The notes below the pieces were generated by a model. The model saw nothing but the letters and a program-made list of their open reading frames with translations. It made no database searches and had not been told where the DNA came from. A stretch of 64,000 nucleotides of DNA from Mobula hypostoma (lineage: Eukaryota), in assembly GCF_963921235.1 (NCBI RefSeq), contig NC_086108.1, positions 57,600,001 to 57,664,000 of the forward strand, written 5' to 3'. A program made the position numbers and the translations under genes. Positions 1 to 12,254 of this stretch are shown in pieces; the stretch's first letter is position 1; each line of letters begins with the position of its first letter.

Positions 1-58
1 TATGTCACTCAACCTATTCGCTATGCCAACCAAGACTTTTCCTGGGTATTTTTCTTGG

Positions 59-3000
59 ATATCATCATCACCAATGATCACTCGTAGTCGAATATGATTC
101 TTCTTCTGGTGGTTGATCTGGTAACTTGTGGATCTTGAGTTGTCTGAAGAGGTCGATCCGTGATGTATAAGTTCTTTTGCAGGGTTGGCTGGTGTAGATC
201 ATTGAAGTGGTGGATATAGCTGGTTGGACCTTTCCTAGTCTCTCTTTACATTGAAGCTGCTTAGTCCCAGCGTCACAGTGGAGGTATTTTTTGAGCTGTG
301 CAATTCCCTCAGTCCTTCTCCAGCTTTTCTTGTCCTGTGCTAATTTCTCCCATCCATTCAGGTTGATGTGGCACTTCCTCAGGTGGGTCTCAATTTTGTC
401 CTTGAACTGCTTTTCCTGCCCTCCAAGATTGCACTTTGCATCCTTCAGCTGGCCGAACAGGAGTTATTTAGGAAGATGGGAGTCAGGCATACGGATGATG
501 TGGCTGACCCATTGCAATTGGTGTTGAGTCAGGTTTGTGGCTATGGAGTTAATCTTAGCTTCCTCCCGGATGCTGGAGTTAGTATGCCTGTCCTTCCAGT
601 TAACTCTCAGAATCTTTCAGAGGCATCATAGATAGTAAGTTTCTTGGGATTTTATGTGCCTGCTGTATGTTGTCCATGACTGTGCTCCATATAGTAAGGA
701 GGGGAGGACTATAGCTTTATAGACCAGAAGCTTAGTGTTGGTCTTGATATTCCTATCTTCAAAAACCCTCTTTCTCAACCTGGCAAAGGCTCCACTCGCA
801 TAGCCTATTCTGTGATTTATTTCAAGGTCAATGTTGGCTTATGAAGAAAGAAGGCTGCCAAGATATGGGAAATGCTCAGTGTTCCCCAAAGCGATGTTGT
901 CAACTTGGATGGTTGGAGGTTTAGGAGCTTGATCTGGAGCAGGTTGGTGCAGGACTTGGGTTTTCTTGATGCTTAGGTCAAATCCCATGAACTTGTATCC
1001 TCTGGCAAAGTCATCCATTATGCACTGCAGATCCTCCTCAGAGTGAGCTACGATGGCGTTGTCATCTGTATATTGGAGAACCATGATGGAAGTAGTTGAC
1101 AACTTGCTCTTTGCCTTGAACCTGTTAAGGTTAAAGAGCCCCCCATCTGTCCTATAGAGAATCTGGACTCTTTGTGGGAGGTCATGGCCTGTGAGGTGAA
1201 GAATAGTTGCAATGAAAACGGCAGACAGAGTTGGGACAATGATGCACCCCTGTTTGACCCCGGTCTCAAGCTTAAAAGGTGCTGTTTCAGAGCTGCTGTT
1301 GCTGATGACTGTTACACTCATAACATTGTGTAAGAGCTGCAGGATCTTGAGGTATTTCTCTGGGCACCCGATTTTGGACGGTACCTGCCAAAGGGGAGGA
1401 TGATTTACAGAGTCAAATACTTTTGTAAGGTCTATGAAAGCCATATAAAGTGGGAGATTTTGTTCCTGGGCTTTGTGCTGCAATTGACATGCTGTAAAAA
1501 TCATGACAGATGTTCCTCTGGCGGGACAGAAGCCCCACTGTGACTTAGGCAGGCGATCTACCAGAGGTGAAAGCTGGTCACATAAAATTCGGGTGAGTAC
1601 CTTTCCTGTTGTAGAGAGGAAGGAGAAACTTCTATAATTTCTGCAGTCAGATTCGTCATGCTTTTTGAAGAGTGTGATCATCAGGGCATCCCTGAGTTCA
1701 GCAGGAATCTTTCCCTGTTCCCAGGTCTTGACAAGCAGGTCATGAATATGATTTAAAGTTCTGTGCCACCTTCCTTGAGGATTTCTGCTGGAATTCCATC
1801 AGGCCCAGTGGCTTTGTTGTTCCTCAATTTCTTGGAAGCTGTCTGCACCTCTTTGACAGTAAGAGGCTTACTCATGTCCTCCTTCATGTGTCGTTGTGGG
1901 AGCTGGTTGATGTCTTCAATGTCAACTGTGGTGGTACGATTAAGTAGCTCTTGAAAGTGTTCCTTCCATCAAGAATTGATAGCATCATTGTCCTTTAGCG
2001 GCCTTTGTCCATCTGTGGAGCGAAGGGGGTTTAGCCCACGATGTTTTGGGCCATACACTGCCTTGTGGGAATAAAGCAACTTCTGATATCACCAGAGCCA
2101 GCAAGCTGCTGTATTTCTAGGGCCCTCTTAGTCCACCACTGATTCTTTATTTGCCTTACTCTATGCTGGGCTATGGCCTTAGCTTTGGTGTGGGCTTCTC
2201 TTTTTGCTGTGCAGTTGAGGTCCTTCTGCCAGGAAATGAAAGCTTTCCTTTTGTTGTTGGTTAGCTTGGAGGAGTGTCGACAAAAGTCGACACAGGTGTA
2301 ATTGCTTCCGACATGCACTTTGTTGCTAAGCCAACAAATGATAATATCATATATATATATATATATATATCTGAAAAAAACCCACCCCAGAATGTAATAA
2401 TGCACAATGTAACACATAATGTACATGGTGAATTTAACCCTTAGCAATCCGTGTGAATTCTGCTGAATGTCATTAAGGAGTCCCGACAAACTTCTATTTT
2501 TTCATTGTCATTTTCATCAAATCTGTCATTGTTTTTCTTGGTCTTGTATCCAACGATGTTTTTACAAGTATCAAGGATGGTGGTCTTCAATGTGGTCCAG
2601 CATGCTTCAATGTTCTTTGGATATTGGTTTGGAAGCCTTTCAGAAAAGGCAGCCTGCAGAAGTTGTACCTTTGCTGTTTCTTTTAGGCTCTCGGTGTTGA
2701 ACCTGGGATGGCTCAGCTCCTTTTGCACTCTACTCTTCCACATGATTTTGATGGTCATTTGTGAGCGAATAAGGCGATGGTCTGTCTGGCCATCATCAGC
2801 ACTGATTATGGCTCTTATTCTTTATGTCTCTGTGATCCCTCCTCCAAACAATGACGTAATCAATAAGATACCATGTCTTGGAACAGGGATGCATCCACAA
2901 AGTTTTCACCTTGTTTCCCCAGCAGAACAGAGTGTTGGTGGTGGTCAGGTCATGTTCAGCACACTTGGTGTTGGCAATCAACTCCATTGGAGTTGATGTT

Positions 3001-4212
3001 GCCAACACCTTCCCCCCAATTGTGCCTTTCCAGGAGTCGCTGTCCCTCCATCTCTAGCATTGAAGTCTCCAAGAAGAATGACCGTATCTTCCTTGGAAAT
3101 ACCTGATAGTATGTGGTCTAGGTCAGGGTAGAAGGCCTCCTTAGCATCATCTGATGGGTCTAGGGTTGGAGCATAAGCACTCACATCTGTAGCCATTTGT
3201 TTGTTAGTAAGCTGAAGAAGCATGGTCATGAGGCGTTCATTGATGCCAAATGGCAATTTGGAAAGGTGACTGATGATGCTGTTCTTTATGGTGTATCCAA
3301 CTCCTTGGATTCTGGATTCATCTGCTGATTTTCCCCTTCCAGAAAAAGGTGTATCCACCCTTCTCCTTCAGTTGTCCTTCCTGGCCAATTGCTTTTCAGT
3401 GAAGGTGGCAAGGACAATTAGGAATCTTCTAAGGTCTCTTGAGATGGTGGCAGTATGTCTTTCAAGACGATCACTGGTTTCGCTGTCCATAAGTGTCCAC
3501 ATATTCCAGGTGCCAAAATTCATATGCTTTTGTTTCAGACCGCAGTTTGGTGATCCCACTGGATGCGGTAATCCAGTCAGGATTATTTTTAAGGCACCTT
3601 TTCTAGCCCCTTCCCCATGTGGGGTGAGCAGAGCATGTCCTGAATAGGGCTGCTCAGTCATAGTGCAGCTGCTGAAAAGCTCCATCTGCCTCAGTCCGGG
3701 AGCAAGACCGCTGTATCTAACACCCACCACCTGTGTGCCAGGTCGTGGCTGGGAGCTCCCAGACTTCACTGTCCTGCTCCTGCCACCACTTCATGATCAC
3801 CACAGGCTTTGCCCAAGTTGGTCAATCGGATTTCCAAACCAGGAGAAATGCCTGTGCATGAGGTCTTTTACTGCGTGGAGACTGATGCACAAGGAGCCAC
3901 CACACGGTCCTTGACAGAGAAAGGGCCAGAATCCAATGGCATGGAGACCAAGATGATTGGGGGCCTCTTCTGCTGCAGTCTTTCTATGCCTTCGCAGCCA
4001 TTGTGGTGGTCCTTATATTTCTGAGGTTCCGGAGACTCTAATTAGTCACCGTCTTCCACCTGCTCCGCCGTTGAGTTGTTAGTTGGACTGTGCTTGGTCT
4101 GGATCCTACCCCTTCACCTTACTGCCATGGGTGACCTGACCAGGAGCTAGGCATTGCTCTCAGATTCTCAGCATCAGACAAGCCTCTCCAGCACGATAAG
4201 GTGGCAGTAACC
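59..4212 (-). mobile_element. RTE-clade (BovB/Expander-like) LINE, near full length, decayed by stops and frameshifts
   Basis: Colinear minus-strand ORF pieces: AP-endonuclease (NFGTWNMWTLMD, SAYAPTLD, ILLGDFNAR, YLIDYVIV), RT (AFIDLTKVFDSV, GVKQGC, LQYTDD, FPYLGS) and a degenerate C-terminal Zn finger (PCKRTYTSRIDLFRQLKIH, ~130-200). Ends in a (GAT)n-type tail at ~59-72; about 500 bp of 5'UTR. Confidence 0.93.
2268..2490. mobile_element. Unclassified 223-bp insertion interrupting the RTE ORF
   Basis: Splits FDENDNEKIE / KLTNNKRKAF. Flanked by CTT on both sides; hairpin GTGTCGAC-AAAA-GTCGACAC at 2274-2293; imperfect direct terminal repeats GGAGTGTCGACAAA and GGAGTCCCGACAAA; internal (TA)n. 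Confidence 0.6.
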
Positions 4213-4324
4213 TGGATACAGTGTACCCGCCACAGATAAGTGTAGTGATTGGGTTAACAAACAGAGCACGGTAGCAAGCCAGATCCAGCACAACCAGCCC
4301 ACGTATTTGCCGTGTAGGGACTTC

Positions 4325-5500
4325 AAAGTTGAAGTTCAAAGTAAAATTTATTACCAGAGTACATACATGTCACCACATACAACCCTGAGATTCTTTTTCT
4401 GGGGGCATCCTTAGTAAATCTATAGAACAGTAACTGTAAACAAGAGTGTAGTCATTCCCTTTTGTGCAAGAGCCTGATGGTTGATGGGTAGTAACGGTTC
4501 TTGAACCTGGTGGTGCAAGTCCTGAGGCAGTTATACTTTCCACCTGATGGCAGCAGCGAGAAAGATGCTTGGCCTGGGTAGTGAGAATCTCTGATGATGG
4601 ATGCTGCTTTCCTACAGCACCATTTCATATAGATGTGATCAATGGTTGGGAGGGTTTTACCCATGATATACTGGGGCGAGTCCACTACTTTTTTATAGGG
4701 TTTTCCACTCAAAGGCATTGGTGTTCCCATACCAGGCCGTAATGCATCCAGTCAGCACACTTTTCACCACACGTCTGTAGAAGCTTGCCAAGGTTTCTGA
4801 TGACATGCTGAATCTCTGTACACTCCTGAGGAAGCAGAGGCACTGCCATGCTTTCTTTGAAATTATATTTATATGATGGGTCCGGGACAGGTCCTCTGAG
4901 ATTGTGACATCCAGGAATTTACAGTTACTGACCCTCTCCATCTCTGATTCTCCAATGATTACTGGCTCATGGACCTGTGGTTCCCCTCTCCTGAAGTCTA
5001 CAATCAGTTCCTTGGTCTTATTGACACTGAATGAGAGGTTGTTGTTAATTACACCACTCAGCCAAGTTTTTGATCTCCCTTCTATGTGCTGATTCATCAC
5101 CACCTTTGATACAGCCCACAACAGTGGTATCATCAGCTGTGGGAGCTGTACTTAACCACACGTTCATAGGTGTAAAGTGGGTTGAGCAGGGGGCTAAGTG
5201 TATATCCCTGCGGTGCTCCTGTGCTGGTGGAGCTGGTGGAGATTGTGGAGGAGATGTTTTGCCAATCTGGACTGTCTGGTGTCTGGAAGTGAGAAAATCC
5301 AGGATCCAATTGCACAAAGGGTTATTGAGGCCCAGGTCTTGGAGTTTACTGATTGGTTTTGAGTGGATGATGGTGTTAAATGCTGAGCTGTAATGGATAA
5401 AGAGCATCCTGATATATGCATCTTTCCTGTCCAAATGTTCCAGGGCTGTGTGAAGAACCAACGAGATGGCATCTGCTGCAGACCTGTTGCTTCGCTAGGT
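4325..5500 (-). mobile_element. Rex1/Babar-type LINE, 3' part (RT C-terminus and 3'UTR)
   Basis: ORF pieces [90 protein letters not shown]. Confidence 0.88.
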
Positions 5501-5839
5501 GATTTGGAGCATATTTGCTGATGTAATGGTCAGAATAAAGTTGGGAATTTTTGCTGGAATCTTGAACTTCCTTTGGTTGTTAAAAATCACCTCTTTACTG
5601 CATGTACTATAAACTTGTCAAATATTCAGTCATTGTTGGAAGTGAAACTCTCTGACAGAGAGAAGTGCTGTTATTTTCAATAGGCGTATTATCAGTTTGT
5701 ATTTGTGTTGTATCATTCATAGCAGCAGAATATCTTAGTGGCTCAGTATTTATTCAATTACTTCATTTATTGATTCTTGCTTAGATACTGCTCTCGGTAC
5801 AAGAACAAAATTACCATGCAATTGTACCGAATGGGAGAG

Positions 5840-6055
5840 TGTAGATTTTTGCAAATAAAACAGTGTGAGGCATTTTATGTTTTTTCTAAAGAAAAAGTAG
5901 CAGCCCGTTTATTGTACTCCAAACATTGAAAACAAAGCGAGGTAACAGAAACTCACAATTACGTCATCACGTCAGACTAGCCCCTTAAAGTGAATCCCAA
6001 CTCAACATCAGTGGTTGTGAATTATGTATGTTTCCACCAATTACATTACCCTGCA
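5840..6055 (-). repeat. Gypsy 3' LTR, preceded on the minus strand by a polypurine tract at ~6058-6076
   Basis: Direct repeat of 9199-9412. The PPT reads AGGGGCTGGGGGTGGGGGC on the minus strand. Confidence 0.88.
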
Positions 6056-9000
6056 CAGCCCCCACCCCCAGCCCCTCAGAATTCAGTAAAACCGGCATTG
6101 TGAGCCTGGCCAGACCTTGGATGAGCCACCCGGCTTGCATCCTATGTTCCATGGGTAGAGAAACAACAGATGCCCCTGGCTCAACCAGAGGTGGGTTGAC
6201 ACGCTGATGGTCATGTCATGATGGTAGGGGCATGGTGATGGAATCCTTCAAGTTTTGACGTGCCGGTTTAAGGCAATTGCCTAAAACACATTCAGGTTTA
6301 CCCCTCTTATCTATGATAAAAGTCTTTCTTTCCATTCTGAAATATGGAACAGGCCGTCGTAAGGGGGCCTAAGGGGATGTTGGTGTGTATCATGGCGGAC
6401 GAAAACAAATTAGACAGAATGTAGGTCAACAGGAACCCAAGGGTGCTGTACGCCATGATGGGAGGTAGGAATAAGTGAAAAGGAATTGAATTCACTGATG
6501 GGGATGGAACACTGTTGAGAGGCAGATCAGGCAGTCATAACATCAAGAATAAAATCACCAGGCACTCATAAAGGCTGCCTATATACCAACTCTGCCAAAA
6601 CTCTTCCATCAGGGAAGTCCTCAGAGCAGCCTTTAAGGAGTGGTGAAACAGCTTGCATAGGCCATTGAGCTGTGGGTGATATAGCGTAACGCCGAGGTCT
6701 GATATGCAGTCAGAGGGAATATCAGATGGGGTGAAAACACAGCGACCCAGGTGCTGATGAATGCTTGAGCCACCTACGTGGCTGTCATCGATGCTGGAGG
6801 AATGACTTCTGGCCACCCGGTGGTACAGTCCACCATGGTAAGGAGGTGCTTACACCGCGGGAGGGAGTTAGAGGACTATCAAGGTCCGCATTGACATTGT
6901 TAAACCGTTGCTCATGGACCTCAAAAGATGCCAATGGTGCCCAGCCACAATGGGTGATTTTTTTTTCCCCCGTTGGCACTACCACACAAGCTGCACTCTA
7001 ATCATGCACGTCCTTTCTTAGGCTATGCCACACAAACTTTAGTGCAACCAGTTTCTCTGAGTCCATCCGACCCAGATGCAACTGGCCATGTATGGAAATA
7101 AAAATAGTCTGCCTCAACTTTGTGGGCACTATAGGGCAAGGGAAATTGGTTGAGACATCACAGAGGAGAGAAACCCCAGCTTCCCTGAACTTAATGTCAG
7201 CCAACTGCAGACCCGTGACTGCTGTTCAGTAGGCCTCACCTCTGAGTTAGTTGTTTGGCTGGCTGCCAGGCTGGCATAGTCAACCCCTATGTGTATGGGT
7301 ACAGCTGGCCATGAGAGGTAATCAGCCACGGCATAATTTTTCCTCTTGGTATGTTGTACATCTGTTGTGAACTCGGATATGTAGGCCAGGTGGCATTGCT
7401 GCCCTGCAGACCAAGGGTCTAATATTTTGGCCATATTTTGGCACAAGGGGTTTGTGGTCAATGAGCACTCTGAAATTGTGACCCTCTAGAAGAAAAGGAA
7501 AATGGTGGAAAGCCAGACAATGATTGAGAAGCTCAGGGTCAAACGTGCTGTACTTCCTCTCGGGGGGGTGGGGGGGGGCAGAGTCAGAGCTACCAGCTGA
7601 GGAAGGCGAGCGGCTGTGCTGCATTTTTCAGCCCAAACAGCCTGCGCAGAAACTCAGAGGCCAAACGACGTTATCACAGCTGTTTTGGGAATGTCCTCTG
7701 AGCACACAGGCACCTGACTGTAGTCCCTAACTAAGTCGACTTTGGAAAAAGTAAAGTTTCTGGCTAAACATGCTGTAAAGTCTTGGATGTGTGGGACTAG
7801 ATAACGATCAGTGGTGGTGACCTCGTTAGGGCATTGGGAATCAGCACGTGGGTGGCAAACACCATCGGACTTAGGAACTATATGGAGGGGTGAAGCCCGG
7901 AGGCTATTTGACTGATGTACAATGCCGAGTCTTTCCATGTTGGCAAACTCAGCCTTCGCAGTTTGCTAGCTTTTCTGGATCCAGTCTACGCAAGCGAGCA
8001 TGGACTGGCGTACCAGTTGTGGAAATATGGTGGTCAACCCCCATGTTTTGTGACTGTAGTGGAGAATGCGGGCTTGATGAGGGCTGGGAATTTACCCAGC
8101 AGTCGAGTGAACTCGCATGCGGTGGTGCATGCCCTTGACCGAGTTGTTGTGGGGAACTTACTGAGGGTGCAGGGTAACGACCCAAATTCCCTGACGTCCA
8201 CAAGCAGGCAGTTTTTAAGATCGACTAGTAGTCCTTGGGCACACAGGAAATCTGCACTGAGCAGAGGTCTAGACACTTTAGCCAGGACTAAGTCCCGTGT
8301 GCAATGCCACCCACTAAAGCAGAGTGTCACCTGTCGTATCCTGCTGCCTTTGGTGGCCTCCAGTGAGGTCCATCACGCTTTGCCTTCTCATCAATAGGCA
8401 ATGCTGGCAGCACACTCACTTTAGCACCTGTGTTGCACAAGAAACATCACCCTGAAAGGGTGGCTGAAATGAACAGTAGACATCCCTAGCAGCTGGAACT
8501 CATGGTGTTCACAGACCTCTGATGCCCTGATGCACTGGCACTGTCGAAGCTGGAAGGCGATCAGCACTTCCTAAGTACCAAAGCGAGCATGGTAGAAGCA
8601 CAGACCAGGCAATGTCTTGTAGCAGCCGTGGGCATTTCCTTAAGTTGGAGGCCTTGCTGACTGGGCTTATTGGGGCAGGGAAAGGAGGAGGAGTGGTGCA
8701 TCTCTGCCTGGCTGAGTGTAGACTGTCAGCCATTTTAGCAAGCTTCCTATAGTCCTTTCTGGGTGCATTAGTGAGGGCAATGTGAACTTGATCAGGCATT
8801 TGTTTCATGAAGAGTAAATAAAACAAGGTTGGTGATTTCCCAGGAGAAAGCATGTGGTCCATTAGCTCTGACGGATTAGCATCCCTGAGGCCAGGCAAAG
8901 AGACCAGTTGTTTGGTATACTCAGCCTCCGATGGTACAGAAGTCTGTAAAAAGCTGAGTTTTCAGCAATCGGTATTTATTGTGTTCCAGTGGACTCACCA

Positions 9001-9187
9001 CTCTCACAGCTGTGAAGTTACTGAATAACACCAACGTAGTAAACTTGGTGTCATCAGCGGAGACTTCTCGCAGCGTAAATTGCTTGTATAAGCCAAGGAG
9101 TGGCATTTTGCTCCCAAACCTCTAGCAGTTTCAAAGCAGCTTTATTGGCTGATATGGTCAGTAACTCTGGAATTGTTCGAGAGCCTT

Positions 9188-9197
9188 GGGGTCACCA
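9188..9197 (-). promoter_or_regulatory. Primer-binding site complementary to the 3' end of tRNA-Trp
   Basis: TGGTGACCCC lies 1 nt downstream of the 5' LTR on the minus strand and matches the start of the known tRNA-Trp PBS (TGGTGACCCCGACGT). Confidence 0.8.
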
Positions 9198-9198
9198 G

Positions 9199-9412
9199 TG
9201 TAGGTTTTTGCAAATAAATGGTGTGAGGCATTTTATGTTTAAGAAAAAACGGTAATAACTCATTTATTGTATTCCAAACACTGAACACAATACACAGTAA
9301 AAGTACTTTACTTAAATATGTCATCATTCAGACCAGCCTCTTAAAGTGAACCCCAACTCAATTTTGGCGGTTGTGAATTATGTACATTTCCACCAATATA
9401 CTTTACCCTACA
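9199..9412 (-). repeat. Gypsy 5' LTR
   Basis: Diverged direct repeat of 5840-6055; TGTAG...CTACA termini. Confidence 0.88.
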
Positions 9413-9540
9413 AGATTACTTCTTCACTTTTGAGCTTTACTTGTAGTTTGAGACGTGCTGGAGATGTTATTCGGTGAATGTTACTTATTGTCCCTATTAA
9501 GCTTAGATGCTCGGTAGGTTTTATTATAGGCATTTTATTT

Positions 9541-10820
9541 CAACTGGCTGGACAGTTTACTGACATCTTTAACCTCTTGATTTGGCAGTCTGAGGTACCC
9601 ACCTGCTTCAAACAGGATTCAGTCAGACTGGTGCCCAAGAAGAATGTGGTAACCTGCCTCAGTGACTATTATTCAGTAGCATTTACAACCACTGTGATGA
9701 AATGCTTTGAAGTTGGCAATGAATCAAATCAACTCCTGCCTGAGGAGTGACTTGAATCCATTCCATTTTGCCTACCGTCACAACAGGTTAACAGCAGATA
9801 CCATTTCATTGTTTCTTCACTCAGCCCTGGAACATCTGGATAGTAAAGATGTAGACAGCAGGATGCTCATCATTGACTACATCTCTGCATTCAACTCTGT
9901 CATTCTCTCAAAACTAATCAATAAGCTCTCGGACGTTGGCCTGAATACCTCCTTGTGCAACTGGATCCTCAATTTCCTCACTTGCAGACCCCAGTCAATT
10001 CAGATTGGCAACAACATCTCCTCCACAATCACCACCATCAGCACAGATGCACCACAAGGCTGTGTGCTTAGCCCCCTGCTCTAATTGCTTTATACATCAC
10101 TCTGAGGCGAAGTCCAGCTCCAATTCCACATTCAAGCTTGCTGATGACACACTTGGCGTAATCATTTCAAAGAATCTGTTCTGGGACCAGCACATAGGTG
10201 CTATTACAAAGAAGGCAAGGCAGCGCCTCTTCTTTTGTAGAGGTTTTTTGCAGATACGAAAGATTATCTAGAACTTGGCCAAACTTCTGTAGATGCACAG
10301 TGGAGAGTATCCTGATGGGCTACATCACAGCCTGGTCTGGAAACACCAGTGCCCATGAAGATAAAAGCCTACAAAATATAGTGGGTACAGCCCAGTCCAT
10401 CACACGAAAAGCCCTCCCCACCATTGAGAACATCTACAAGGAGTGTTGCCACAATAAAGTAGCATCTATCATCCAGGCCATGCTTTCTTCTTGCTGCCAC
10501 CATCAGGATGGAGATGTAGAACCCTTAGGTCCCACACCACCAAGTTCAGGAACAGTTATTACCTTTCAAGCAGTGAGGATAGCTTCACTCATCTTAGCAT
10601 GGACTCTTCAACTCATGTTCTGAATATTATTTATTTTTAATTATCTTATGCTTATGATTTTTTTTGTATTTGCAGAGTTTGTCTTTTGCACGTTGTTTGT
10701 TTCTGTGTAGTTTTTCATTGATACTGCTGTGTTTCTTTCTATCCACTATGAATCCCCGCAAGAAAATTAATTTCAGGTTAGTACTGTATATGGTGACATA
10801 TAAACATTGATAATAAATTT
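9541..10820 (+). mobile_element. Rex1/Babar-type LINE fragment (RT to 3' end)
   Basis: VPTCFKQ..LVPKK..TCLSDY, FAYRHNRLTADTI, IDYISAFNSVI, APQGCVLSPLL, KLADDT, ESILMGYITAWSG. Confidence 0.88.
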
Positions 10821-12254
10821 ATTTTTTAGTTTGACCTTTTGAACTTTGAATACTGCCCTGACTTAACAAAAAAAAAATTGGCAGCGTATAAATGGGGAGA
10901 TTTCTCCACTCCAGTGGATGTCAATATTGTAACCATGCTGGTTGATTTGAAACATAGTCCACTCTGAGGTGCTCTACAGCATTGCAACAAAATGTTGCCT
11001 TGTTCCACAGCTCTTGCTTTATCTTGCCAAATATGGAATGAATTGAATTTTCTGAAGACTTTTTCATGTTTCATGATCTACTTGTAGATAGCAAGGCCAC
11101 CAGTTATTGCCTTTTTCTAATTGTTTGGCTTGTTACTTCAGAGAGGATTGAAGAGTAAACAACATTGGTGGGGCTGGTGTTGTATACGTCAAAACAGCAG
11201 ATTTCCTTGACTGAAGGAAATTAGCGAATATCAGTAGCTTTCTGGTCATCATTAGTAATGATTTGCTTTTCAATATTTTGGGAAAGTGAATGAATTTGAA
11301 TTCCACAATTTCCTTGGTAAGATTTGAAGTCTGGCATTTGGATTGTTAGTTTAGAATTACAGACTCCTGGTCACAGGAATGAATTTATAAATTGGTAAGA
11401 TGACAGAGCAATGGTGGCATTTATTGTCTATCTATAATGTTCCCCTCAAATGAGGTAGCATTTAAGAATCAACCAGGTAGCTCATTCTTGAGTCTTATTC
11501 AGGTCAGTTCAGATATGTTCGACACATTTCTTTCCCTGGAAGATCTTCTGTGAACCACACCAGTGGTGTTTATCCATTTCTGGATTTTGTTCAGGTATGA
11601 CTGTTGCCATTGTTCATTTTTTAAATTCCAGGTTTGTTTAACTATCTGAATTTTAGCTCCTTGCTGTTGTGATGGCTTTGAGCTCATATCTTTATGTCAG
11701 TTTTCAAACACTGTACCATGGTACAGTGATGGTGGAGACCTCCACAGGAAATACAGGTAGGTCTCAGCTGGCCAGAACTTTGGGGCAAATACAAAAATAC
11801 AAAATCAAATTGTGACTTGAGTAGGTGTGAAACAGGGTGATTAACAAAAAAGCTATTTTTTCTTCTCAAGGTTTTTATCCCAGAATTTCTTTCATTTTAC
11901 TGTATCTTTTGCTGGTAAAAAGTATACTTATCCCAGATTTAGAGCAACACTAGACAAGGGGGTGACCCGTTGGGGCACCCTTTGAGAGAAGGGTAGTGCG
12001 GTCTGATGTGACCAGAATGAACATTAGATTTCCTCGAATGCTATTGCTATCGCTTTGCTTTGGAAATTAAAGAAGAAAAACTGAGTTCATTAAAGAAGAA
12101 AGACATGTAGCAAGACAAATATAGCTGCTCCTCATTTAACGAAGGACACTTTTGATGACAACATTTCTGGTTGATCTGCTACCCTTCAAGAATACTCTAA
12201 CGTTTTCATTTCTTTTTCCCCGGCTTTAAAGCCACATACAGCTGACCATGCTGG

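Larger units (their letters stand above)
5840..9412 (-). mobile_element. Ty3/Gypsy LTR retrotransposon, both LTRs present, internally deleted and non-autonomous
   Basis: Two ~215-bp direct repeats with TG..CA ends, plus PBS and PPT. Order is gag (FTLREVSADDTKF, PSELMDHML), protease (FLCNTGAKVSVLP), RT (ASPLHIVPK, FSKVDLVRDYSQVPV), RNase H (ERKYSTFDPELL, DHKPL, NYAVADYLS), integrase (HGQLHLG, YHPQLNG). Flanks AGAG / AGAT fit a 4-bp TSD with one mismatch. Confidence 0.93.

Noticed and set aside
291..631. Plus-strand ORFs overlapping the RTE, and similar antisense ORFs over other TEs
   Set aside because: Antisense shadows of TE coding frames.
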